DNA of 64,000 nucleotides from Vicinamibacterales bacterium (GCA_035293405.1 DATDOE010000031.1:9936-73935); one strand, 5' to 3'. Positions 13,520 to 21,420 are shown, numbered from the stretch's first letter. Translations and numbers: made by a program. The notes: generated from the sequence alone by a model not told the origin.

Positions 13520-14145
13520 ATGGACGGGACGCAGGCTCTGGCAAGCGTGAGGACAGCCGTTCCGATGACCACCAGCACGAGTGCGATGGAGATCATCCGC
13601 TGTCGCCTCCCGCGCCGCTCGTCGGCGAGGCGCAGCTCCATGATGTTCGCCCAGACGGCCTTATCGAGCTCGGGGTCGATCCGTTGCGGCCCGCCGTCGC
13701 CTGGCGGCTTTGGCGAGGCAAGCCCGCCGTCGCCTGGCGGCTTCGGCGGGGCAAGCTCCGCGTCGGTCTGCACAGGGACGACACCAACCGGCGCCACGAA
13801 TCGATATCCACGCTTCGGCACCGTCTGAATGAAAACCGGGTTCTCGGCCGGGTCGTTCAAGGCCTCGCGGACCTGTTTGATCGCGAAGTTCACACCCTGC
13901 TCGAAATCCACGAACGTGTCGCCGGTCCAGAGCGCGGCCTGAATCTGTTCACGCGTCACGAGCTTGCCCGGGTGACCGGCGAGCAGGCATAGCAGCTTGA
14001 AGGGCTGCGGCTGCAGGCGTACGTGCCGGCCGTTCTTGAGCAGCTGCCCCGCCTCCAGATCCAGTTCGAACACGCCAAAGCGGATGAGCCCAGGCCCCAC
14101 GGTGCCCGCTCCCAATCGCTGTGGCGCTGATGGCTGGTCGCTCAT
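13516..14145 (-). CDS. Membrane-anchored OmpR/CadC/ToxR-type winged-helix transcriptional regulator
   Basis: Trans_reg_C-like segment FGVFELDLEAGQLLKNGRHVRLQPQPFKLLCLLAGHPGKLVTREQI...VPKRGYRFVAPV. C-terminal TM helix ISIALVLVVIGTAVLTLA. Start choice is uncertain: ATG 14145 or the track's 14211. Confidence 0.7.
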   Translation of the reverse strand: MSDQPSAPQRLGAGTVGPGLIRFGVFELDLEAGQLLKNGRHVRLQPQPFKLLCLLAGHPGKLVTREQIQAALWTGDTFVDFEQGVNFAIKQVREALNDPAENPVFIQTVPKRGYRFVAPVGVVPVQTDAELAPPKPPGDGGLASPKPPGDGGPQRIDPELDKAVWANIMELRLADERRGRRQRMISIALVLVVIGTAVLTLARACVPSI

Positions 14146-14210
14146 TGAAAGATCAGTGCAGGCAGAGACCGGCGCTTCATGCGCAGGAGGATAGTAGAAT
14201 TCCGCACCCA

Positions 14211-15245
14211 ATGAAACGGTTCCATGTGGCGTGGCTCGTGTGGCTGTTGTGCCTTTCGACAGTCCCTGCCACTGCGCAGCGCTATGCCGCGCAGCGCGAC
14301 GGCGAGGTCGTCCACCTCACCGACACCGCAACCGGCACTCGCGTGTCGATCGCGCCATCGATCGGCAACATCGCGTTCCGGATGACCGTGAAGGGCCACG
14401 ACATCCTGCGATGGCCGCATGCCGACATGGCTGCGTTCAAGGCCAACCCGAACATGACCGGCATCCCGTTCATGGCCCCCTGGATCAACCGTCTGGACGA
14501 GCAGGCGTTCTACGCCAACGGCAAGCGGTATCCGTTCGACATGACGCTCGGCAACGTGCGTGGCGCCATCCCCATTCATGGCTTCCTCACATCGACGTCC
14601 GAGTGGCGCGTCGTGTCCGTCGATGCCGGTCGCGACTCGGCGGCCGTGACCAGCCGCCTCGAGTTCTTCCGCCAGCCGGCGTGGATGAAGCAGTGGCCGT
14701 TCGCGCACAGCATCGACATGACCTATCGCCTGTCCGAGGGCACGCTCCAGGTCGAGACGACGATCCTCAACATGAGCGCCGAGCCGATGCCGGTCTCGAT
14801 CGGGTTTCATCCGTACTTCCAGCTGACAGATTCCCCACGCGACGAGTGGACGATCTCCGTCGGCGCACGCACGCATTGGAAGCTGATGCCCAACAAGCTG
14901 CCCACCGGCGAGACCGAACCAATCGGGCAGCCGTTCACGGGCGGAGTGCCACTGCGTGACTACGACCTCGATGACGACTTCAGCGATCTGGTGCGGGATG
15001 CGCAGGGGCGCGCGACGATGACGGTGATCGGCAAGTCGCAACGCATCGACGTGCTGTTCGGACCAAACTACCGGACCGCCGTCGTCTGGGCGCCGAAGCC
15101 ACAGAACTTCATCTGCTTCGAACCGATGGCGGCCATGACCAACGCCCTCAACCTGACGCAGAAGGGTCTCTACAAGGAGCTGCAGAGCATCCCGCCAGGA
15201 GGGACATGGCGGGAGAGCTTCTGGATCCGCCCGGTCGGGTTCTAG
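14211..15245 (+). CDS. Aldose 1-epimerase (galactose mutarotase-like) family protein, secreted
   Basis: Signal peptide MKRFHVAWLVWLLCLSTVPATAQ from the ATG at 14211. Motifs HGFL...W.V and GFHPYFQL are typical of the aldose-epimerase fold. Confidence 0.75.
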   Translation: MKRFHVAWLVWLLCLSTVPATAQRYAAQRDGEVVHLTDTATGTRVSIAPSIGNIAFRMTVKGHDILRWPHADMAAFKANPNMTGIPFMAPWINRLDEQAFYANGKRYPFDMTLGNVRGAIPIHGFLTSTSEWRVVSVDAGRDSAAVTSRLEFFRQPAWMKQWPFAHSIDMTYRLSEGTLQVETTILNMSAEPMPVSIGFHPYFQLTDSPRDEWTISVGARTHWKLMPNKLPTGETEPIGQPFTGGVPLRDYDLDDDFSDLVRDAQGRATMTVIGKSQRIDVLFGPNYRTAVVWAPKPQNFICFEPMAAMTNALNLTQKGLYKELQSIPPGGTWRESFWIRPVGF

Positions 15246-15275
15246 GCGGGTCTAAGGTTGGTCTAAAGACCCGCC
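15245..15275. repeat. REP-like palindrome bridging two convergent stop codons
   Basis: TAGGCGGGTCTAAGGTTGGTCTAAAGACCCGCCTCTA. The leading TAG is the aldose-epimerase stop, and the trailing CTA is the complement of the fhcD TAG stop. Confidence 0.85.
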
Positions 15276-15276
15276 T

Positions 15277-16197
15277 CTACGAGAGCAGCGCGTGGAGGTG
15301 GAAGTGGTGCTTGCCGAGCTTGCCGCCGTAGTTCCCCGCTGAGATCTCGACGATGCCCGGCCGGCACGCGGCATCGAGCCCGACCCGCAGCGCACCCTCG
15401 ATGGCAGGACGGTCCAGGCCGTCGACGACGACCTCGAGCACCGAGTTCGCGCCTTCCGGTATCTGGCTGATCACACCGTCCCGCCCGCGCAGCGTCGGAC
15501 AGTACGCGTCGTTGGTGGACGCGATCATGTTCTTGTATTTCTTCGCACCCACTTTGCTGCCGGCACGGACGATTCCACCTGGAAAGGGCATGATGACGCC
15601 GCGCACGCGGCGCATGGCCTCAACGGCCGCTTCCGCCGCCGCGAGTGCCGCACGCTGGTCCGCGGCGAGGATCAGCAGATTGCCGCCGCCGATGGCCTTC
15701 TGAATGCCGAAGGTCTCCTGCACCAGGAACTCGCCCTCCATGACCGGAATGCGCCAGTACCGCTGTCCACCGAGAACCTTGCTCGATTGAAAGCGATCGC
15801 CGAAGTGACGCAGCTGCCCGCCGACGATCACGCGCTCGGAAGCCTCGGGTAAACCATCGAAGCACGCGGTCGTCGGGCAGGTCAGCACCGTCTGACCCAC
15901 GCGGTCGACGAGCTGCTTCTGAAGTCCCTCCGCATCAAAGCCAAACAGCAGCACGCTCACGCCGGGCCGGCGATCGGGCGTGACGTCGGGATCCAGTTCC
16001 GCTTCGATGCCCGCCTCGACCTTGCAGCCGATGACCGATGTCGCAAATCCGGTCAGCGACTGTGCCGCCGTCCGCGCCCACGCCGGTGACTGCGCCGTGA
16101 TCACGATGCGCGCGGCGCGCATCCCGAACGCCTCGGCAAAGGTGTCCACGATTCTGACGCCGTTGCGCTCCATAGCCGTCTTCGTCTCTCCGCTCAT
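15277..16197 (-). CDS. fhcD: Formylmethanofuran--tetrahydromethanopterin N-formyltransferase (Ftr/FhcD)
   Basis: The N-terminus ERNGVRIVDTFAEAFGMRAARIVITA matches the conserved Ftr N-terminus (ING..I.DTFAEAF). Length is about 300 aa. It is divergent from the fwd/fhc genes. Confidence 0.9.
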   Translation of the reverse strand: MSGETKTAMERNGVRIVDTFAEAFGMRAARIVITAQSPAWARTAAQSLTGFATSVIGCKVEAGIEAELDPDVTPDRRPGVSVLLFGFDAEGLQKQLVDRVGQTVLTCPTTACFDGLPEASERVIVGGQLRHFGDRFQSSKVLGGQRYWRIPVMEGEFLVQETFGIQKAIGGGNLLILAADQRAALAAAEAAVEAMRRVRGVIMPFPGGIVRAGSKVGAKKYKNMIASTNDAYCPTLRGRDGVISQIPEGANSVLEVVVDGLDRPAIEGALRVGLDAACRPGIVEISAGNYGGKLGKHHFHLHALLS

Positions 16198-16281
16198 GCA
16201 GGAACGTCAGTGTACATTCTGCGAAGTGGCAAGGCTCGCCGTTTTCCTGTACGATCAGACGGCCTCGTCGCAAAAGTACCA

Positions 16282-16629
16282 ATGATAGAGAGATTTATCC
16301 TCATTCCCGGGCGAACCAGCAAGCAAGGCTGCGGGGTCAGCGAAGGCAAGTTCGCGGAGGGGTATCAGCACGAGATTTCGACCTTGCAGGTGGCGCCTGG
16401 CGACATGACCCGAATGGGGCTCGCCAATGGCGATCGCGTGCGCGTCACCACCGAGAGCGGCAGGCAGATTGAGGTCGCCGTCACCGCGGCCACCGGCGAC
16501 GAGCTGCCGCCGGGACTACTCTTCATCGCCTACGGCGATCTCTCGAGCCGGCTGATGGACGGCGAGACGCACGGATCGGGAATGCCCACGAGCAAGGGAT
16601 TCGACGTCACGATGGAGAAGCTCGCGTAG
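16282..16629 (+). CDS. fwdD: Formylmethanofuran dehydrogenase subunit D-like (molybdopterin dinucleotide-binding beta-barrel domain)
   Basis: A 115-aa protein, MIERFILIPGRTSKQG...LQVAPGDMTRMGLANGDRVRVTTESGRQIEV...PPGLLFIAYG, resembling FwdD/FmdD. Its stop lies 2 nt before the fhcB start. Confidence 0.75.
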   Translation: MIERFILIPGRTSKQGCGVSEGKFAEGYQHEISTLQVAPGDMTRMGLANGDRVRVTTESGRQIEVAVTAATGDELPPGLLFIAYGDLSSRLMDGETHGSGMPTSKGFDVTMEKLA

Positions 16630-16631
16630 CA

Positions 16632-17972
16632 ATGACCACTCCTGCTGTTACCAAGACACCACCCGGTCTGGTTGATTCGTCCGTGACCGTCATCAAGGAC
16701 TCCACGTGCACCTTTTGCGGGTGCGTCTGTGACGATATCGACATCACGGTCAAGGACAACCACATCACCGACGCCAAGCGCGCCTGCGTGCTCGGCAAGG
16801 CCTGGTTCTACAACCACCATGCCGACGAGCGCCCCAGTTGCCTCATCGAAGGCCGCCCCGCATCCGTCGCCGAAGGTGTCGACCGCGCCGCACGGATACT
16901 CACCGCGGCGAAGTATCCGATCATCTACGGGCTGAGCGACACCACGTCGGAAGCCCAGCGCGTGGCCGTCGGCATCGGCGACTCGATCGGAGGGACAGTG
17001 GACACGACGACGAGTGTGTGCCATGGCCCGTCCGGTATGGCCTTCCAAGGCGTGGGCGAGGTCACGTGCACGCTCGGCGAGATTGCCAATCGCGGCGACC
17101 TGATTATTTTCTGGGGCGGGAACCCGGCCGAAAGTCATCCCCGGCACTTCACGAAGTACAGCCTGATGCCGAAAGGGATGTTCGTCCCCAACGGCCGCAA
17201 GGACCGCACCGCTGTCGGCGTTGATGTGCGCAAGACCAAGACCGCCAAGGCGATGGATCTCTTTTTTCAGATCAAGCCGCGGAGCGATTTCGAAGCCCTG
17301 TGGACGCTGCGGGCGCTGGCCAAGGGCATCGAGGTCGATGCCCAGCAGGTGAAGAACGACACCGGCATCGAGCTGGCGCGCTGGCAGGATCTGATGGATC
17401 GGATGAAGGCGGCCAAGTTCGGGGTCGTCTTGTTCGGCATGGGTCTGACGATGACCCGTGGCAAGCATCTGAACAGCGAGGCGCTGCTGTGCCTGGTGCG
17501 CGACATGAACGCCTTCACGCGGTTCGTGGCCAAGCCGATGCGCGGCCACGGCAATGTGACCGGCGCCGACAACGTCGTGACCTGGCAGACGGGTTATCCG
17601 TTCGGCGTGAACCTGTCCCGCGGCTATCCCCGCTTCAACCCCGGTGAGTACACGACATCGGACACCCTGGCACGCGGAGAAGCCGACGCCGCGCTGCTCA
17701 TCGCCTGCGATCCGATGGGGAACTTCAGCCAGCCGGCCCGTGAGCGGCTGCAGGCCATTCCATACATCGCCCTGGATCCGAAGGACACATCGACGACCCG
17801 CGCCGCAACGGTGGCGTTCACCACCGCCACCTACGGCATCAACACGCCCGGCACCGTGTACCGCATGGACGACGTCCCGATTTCTCTCCGTCCTGCGTTT
17901 CCCTCGTCCCATCCGAGCGACTTCGACGTCCTGACCGCGATCCAGCGTCGAGTGACGGAGCTCAAGAAATAG
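16632..17972 (+). CDS. fhcB: Formylmethanofuran dehydrogenase subunit B-like (FwdB/FhcB)
   Basis: N-terminal Cys cluster C26-x2-C29-x3-C33 (STCTFCGCVCDD) followed by C52. A formate-dehydrogenase-type SVCHGPS motif sits at Cys130-His131 (nt 17019-17024). Operon context with the fwdD-like gene and fhcA. Confidence 0.85.
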   Translation: MTTPAVTKTPPGLVDSSVTVIKDSTCTFCGCVCDDIDITVKDNHITDAKRACVLGKAWFYNHHADERPSCLIEGRPASVAEGVDRAARILTAAKYPIIYGLSDTTSEAQRVAVGIGDSIGGTVDTTTSVCHGPSGMAFQGVGEVTCTLGEIANRGDLIIFWGGNPAESHPRHFTKYSLMPKGMFVPNGRKDRTAVGVDVRKTKTAKAMDLFFQIKPRSDFEALWTLRALAKGIEVDAQQVKNDTGIELARWQDLMDRMKAAKFGVVLFGMGLTMTRGKHLNSEALLCLVRDMNAFTRFVAKPMRGHGNVTGADNVVTWQTGYPFGVNLSRGYPRFNPGEYTTSDTLARGEADAALLIACDPMGNFSQPARERLQAIPYIALDPKDTSTTRAATVAFTTATYGINTPGTVYRMDDVPISLRPAFPSSHPSDFDVLTAIQRRVTELKK

Positions 17973-17975
17973 CGG

Positions 17976-18050
17976 TAATGCAAGATGCGAAATGCAAAAT
18001 GCAAAACGGCGCACGACAACTTTGCATTTTGAATTTTGCATTTTGAATTA
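17976..18050. repeat. Inverted tandem-heptamer array (AATGCAA family) between fhcB and fhcA
   Basis: Left arm TAATGCAAGATGCGAAATGCAAAATGCAAAA. Right arm TTTGCATTTTGAATTTTGCATTTTGAATTA. The right arm is identical over 30 nt to 25437-25466. Confidence 0.9.
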
Positions 18051-18068
18051 CACCAAGCACTCTCATTC

Positions 18069-19757
18069 ATGAGCAGCGGCTTCTTCAAGGTTGCGGGGGG
18101 GACCGTCTACGACCCGGTTCACGGCGTGAACGGCGAGCGCCGCGATATCTGGATTCGTGACGGACGAATCGTGGACCCACCGTCAGATCCCGGCGTGCAG
18201 CCTGACAAGACACTCGACGCCTCAGGCCTGGTTGTGATGCCTGGCGGTGTCGACATGCACTGTCACATCGCCGGGCCCAAGGTGAACTCCGCCCGGAAGA
18301 TGCGACCTGAGGACAAGCGCAAGGCGGACAAGGTCATGCGCACGCCGAGCACGCGCAGCGGAACCATGGGCAGCGTCCCCAGCACATTTGCGACCGGCTA
18401 CAAGTACGCGGGCATGGGGTACACGACTGCCTTCGACGCCGCGATCCCGCCGCTGGCGGCGCGTCACGTCCATGAAGAGTTCGAAGACACGCCGTGCATC
18501 GACAAGGGGTTCTTCGTCCTCATGGGCAACAACCACTTCGTCATGCAGTCGATCCAGCGCAACGAGCCGGAGCGCCTGAAATCGTTCATGGCCTGGCTGC
18601 TGGGAGCGGCCAAGGGCTTCACGCCGAAGATCGTCAACCCCGGCGGCGTCGAGGTCTGGAAGCAGCTGCCGAGCGGCAACGTGCACGGCCTGGACGAGAA
18701 CGTGGAGCACTTCGGGGTCACCCCGCGGCAGATCATCGAGCAGATCGCCCGCGCCGTCGATGAGCTGCGGCTGCCACACTCGGTGCACCTCCACGCCAAC
18801 AACCTCGGGATGCCCGGCAACTGGCGGATCACGCTCGAGACCATGAAGACGTTCGGCGACTCGCGCGGCCATCTGTCACACATCCAGTTTCACAGCTACG
18901 GCGGCGGCGACGCCGACGAGACGACGTTCAACAGCAAAGCCGCCGAGCTCGTCGAGTACGTGAACGCCCATCCCAACCTGACCGTGGATGTCGGGCAGGT
19001 GATGTTCGGCCAGACCACCACCATGACCGCGGACGGACCGCTCGGCTACTACTTGAGCAACGCGTTCAAGAGCAAGTGGTTCTCGTCCGACACCGAGATG
19101 GAATCGGGGTGCGGCATCGCCCCCATCGAGTACAAGAACACGAGCCTGGTGCATTCCCTGCAGTGGGCCATCGGCCTGGAGTGGTATCTGCTCGCCAAGG
19201 ATCCGTGGCGGGTGGTCATGAGCACCGACCATCCCAACGGCGGGTCGTTCCTGGCCTATCCGCACATCATCCAGCTGTTGATGGATCGGACCTATCGCGC
19301 GAACATCCTCAAGCAGGTGCACCCGGCGGTGCTGGAGCGTTCGACGCTCGGCGATCTCACCAGGGAGTACAGCCTGTACGAGATCTGCATCATCACGCGC
19401 AGCGGCCCGGCGAGGATTCTGGGGCTCGCCAACAAGGGCCATCTGGGCCCGGGGGCTGACGCCGACATCACCATCTACACGCCGAACGACGACAAGACGA
19501 AGATGTTCGAGATGCCGCGATCGGTCATCAAGAGCGGCGTCGTCATCGTCGACCAGGGCGAGATTCGCGAACCGATCACCGGCAAACTGCTGTATGTGGC
19601 GCCTGAGTACGACGCCGGCATCGAGACCGACATCGCCGACTGGTTCGAGCAGTACTACTCAATCCGATTCCGCAACTATCCGGTTCCGCTCGACTACCTG
19701 CACGATCCCGAGCAAATCGTCTGTGACGGCAACTACCCTGGAGCGCAGTTGCCTTGA
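18069..19757 (+). CDS. fhcA: Formylmethanofuran dehydrogenase subunit A-like amidohydrolase (FwdA/FhcA)
   Basis: Amidohydrolase metal motif GGVDMHCHIAGPK. Length about 560 aa. The ATG at 18069 lies just downstream of the heptamer array. Confidence 0.85.
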   Translation: MSSGFFKVAGGTVYDPVHGVNGERRDIWIRDGRIVDPPSDPGVQPDKTLDASGLVVMPGGVDMHCHIAGPKVNSARKMRPEDKRKADKVMRTPSTRSGTMGSVPSTFATGYKYAGMGYTTAFDAAIPPLAARHVHEEFEDTPCIDKGFFVLMGNNHFVMQSIQRNEPERLKSFMAWLLGAAKGFTPKIVNPGGVEVWKQLPSGNVHGLDENVEHFGVTPRQIIEQIARAVDELRLPHSVHLHANNLGMPGNWRITLETMKTFGDSRGHLSHIQFHSYGGGDADETTFNSKAAELVEYVNAHPNLTVDVGQVMFGQTTTMTADGPLGYYLSNAFKSKWFSSDTEMESGCGIAPIEYKNTSLVHSLQWAIGLEWYLLAKDPWRVVMSTDHPNGGSFLAYPHIIQLLMDRTYRANILKQVHPAVLERSTLGDLTREYSLYEICIITRSGPARILGLANKGHLGPGADADITIYTPNDDKTKMFEMPRSVIKSGVVIVDQGEIREPITGKLLYVAPEYDAGIETDIADWFEQYYSIRFRNYPVPLDYLHDPEQIVCDGNYPGAQLP

Positions 19758-19909
19758 CGCTCTTCGGGTCCTGTCGGCGGGTTTCCCCACCGGGCCTCGG
19801 CGCACAGAGAACATTGGGTGAAGCGCCTGCGGGCCGGCGGGGAGGCCCCTCCCGCCGCCACCCACCCGTAAGAACTACGTCAACGCAACTGCCCTTCTGA
19901 GAGGTAGTG

Positions 19910-20119
19910 TGGAGGTCACGTGTGTTGAGGATCGCGAATCCCTGTGGAGATGACCGACAAAGGTCGCCTGACCGCGCGAGAAGGCTGTGGGGATCAGCGA
20001 GGTTGAGCGCTCACAATTCAACTTGCGCGACCCGAGCGTCATGCGGGCCGACGATGCCATCGCAGCGCGGTCCGGTCATCGGAACCGGGATTCGCGATCC
20101 TCAATACACGTGAGCTCCA
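19910..20119. repeat. 33-nt long-range inverted repeat enclosing about 144 nt between fhcA and fhcC
   Basis: 19910-19942 TGGAGGTCACGTGTGTTGAGGATCGCGAATCCC pairs with 20087-20119 (one mismatch, one G-U). The 3' arm ends 13 nt before the fhcC ATG. Confidence 0.8.
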
Positions 20120-20132
20120 GGATTAGGACGCC

Positions 20133-20945
20133 ATGCTCGTACTCCGCTACACCGCTGACACATCGATCCCCGTCGAAGTCGAAGGCCTCACGCCATCGGC
20201 CGTTCGTGAGATGCCGCTATCAGAGATCCAACGGTTCGAGATCTTCCACGGGAACCGGAAGGTCCCGCTGGGAGACTTCTTCGACGTCAGCGGTGATCCT
20301 TCCGATGCCCGTTTCGAGTTCGAGGGCAACCTGGCGGGCGTCCATTGGATCGGCGCGCAGATGTCCGAAGGAGAGATTCACATCCGTGGCAATGCCGGCC
20401 GTCACGTCGGCAGCGAGATGACGGGCGGCGTCATCCACGTCCACGGGAATGCGAGTGACTGGGTCGGTGGCGAGATGCACGGCGGTTTGATCCACGTGCA
20501 CGGCAATGCCGGCCATCTGATCGGAAGCGCCTACAGGGGAAGCAAGGCCGGCATGACGGCCGGCACGATTCTCATCGACGGTTCGGCGGGCAATGAGGTC
20601 GGCCTCACGCTCCGTCGCGGTCTGGTGGCCATCGGCGGGGCCTGTGGCGACTTCGTCGGCGCCAACATGATCGCGGGGACCGTGCTCGTCTTCGGCCAGT
20701 GCGGCAATCGGCCCGCGGCTGGCATGCGCCGTGGGACGGTCGCTCTTCTTGGCAGCAACCCGCCCGCCCTCCTGGTGTCGTTCAAGAAGAGCAGCGTCTA
20801 CGAACCGCTGTTCCTGCGGCTCATCTTCAGCCACCTCCAGTCGCTGGGATTTGCCGTCCCCAACGAATGCTGGAGCGCGAGCTATGGCCTGTACCACGGC
20901 GACCGCGTGACCGTCGGTCGCGGGGAGATACTCGTTCGCGAATAG
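20133..20945 (+). CDS. fhcC: Formylmethanofuran dehydrogenase subunit C-like (FwdC/FhcC)
   Basis: Repeated G-rich beta-helix motifs GNAGRHVGSEMTGGVIHVHGNASDWVGGEMHGGLIHVHGNAGHLIG, typical of FwdC and the GltB C-terminal domain. Confidence 0.85.
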   Translation: MLVLRYTADTSIPVEVEGLTPSAVREMPLSEIQRFEIFHGNRKVPLGDFFDVSGDPSDARFEFEGNLAGVHWIGAQMSEGEIHIRGNAGRHVGSEMTGGVIHVHGNASDWVGGEMHGGLIHVHGNAGHLIGSAYRGSKAGMTAGTILIDGSAGNEVGLTLRRGLVAIGGACGDFVGANMIAGTVLVFGQCGNRPAAGMRRGTVALLGSNPPALLVSFKKSSVYEPLFLRLIFSHLQSLGFAVPNECWSASYGLYHGDRVTVGRGEILVRE

Positions 20946-20984
20946 CTGGTAGCTGGTAGCTGGTAGCTGGTAGCCGATAGCAAG
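20943..20984. repeat. Direct tandem-heptamer array (TAGCTGG x4, TAGCCGA, TAGCAAG)
   Basis: It starts with the TAG stop codon of fhcC. No inverted arm is present. Confidence 0.85.
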
Positions 20985-21000
20985 CGTGTCGCCGGTGGTC

Positions 21001-21062
21001 GTAGCGCGCAGGCTTCAGCCTGCGCGTGAACCAGCACGCGGGGGCTGAAGCCCCCGCGCTAC
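21001..21062. repeat. GTAG...CTAC-flanked double hairpin (REP/BIME-like)
   Basis: GTAGCGCGCAGGCTTCAGCCTGCGCG ... CGCGGGGGCTGAAGCCCCCGCGCTAC, lying between convergent fhcC and the SWIB gene. Confidence 0.75.
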
Positions 21063-21076
21063 GAGCCGGCAAGGAC

Positions 21077-21358
21077 CTACTTCAGGTGCTTCGAGACCAG
21101 CTTGGTCATCTCGAACATGTTGACGGTCGCCTTGCCGCCGAACACGGTCTTCAGCGGAGCGTCGGCCTTGATCATCCGCTTGTTCTTCGCGTCCTGCAGC
21201 TTGTTCTTCTTGATGTAGGCCCAGAGCTTCTTGGTGACCTCGGTCCGGGGTATCGGCTTCGATCCGACGATCTCGGCCAGTGCGGCGCTGGGGGTCACCG
21301 GCTTCATGAACGCGGCATTGGGTTTTCTTGCGGCCTTCTTCTTCGCTGTCTTAGCCAT
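21077..21358 (-). CDS. SWIB/MDM2 domain protein with Lys-rich N-terminal tail
   Basis: MAKTAKKKAARKPN... followed by LAEIVGSKPIPRTEVTKKLWAYIKKNKLQD...I.AD..LK.VFG, a recognisable SWIB/MDM2 signature. Confidence 0.75.
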   Translation of the reverse strand: MAKTAKKKAARKPNAAFMKPVTPSAALAEIVGSKPIPRTEVTKKLWAYIKKNKLQDAKNKRMIKADAPLKTVFGGKATVNMFEMTKLVSKHLK

Positions 21359-21420
21359 CTGATCTCCTTTGAAAAGTTGTTTCCGATGCGGATACCGGCG
21401 CGTGCTCTCGCGACGTCCTG

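Noticed and set aside
10067-14145. The KAP/regulator pair as part of a genomic or defence island.
   Set aside because: There is no flanking tRNA, integrase, direct repeats or other defence genes in the window, and the GC difference is only an impression. The pairing is reported, but island status is not claimed.
16530-18041. A 503-aa minus-strand ORF overlapping fhcB.
   Set aside because: It is antisense to a well-supported FwdB/FhcB homologue, its composition is shadow-like, and it runs through the heptamer array.
19758-20132. A possible Moco/tungsten-cofactor or other known riboswitch in the long fhcA-fhcC spacer.
   Set aside because: I cannot match the sequence to any riboswitch consensus from memory, and fhcC is not the cofactor-binding subunit. 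Only the inverted repeat itself is reported.
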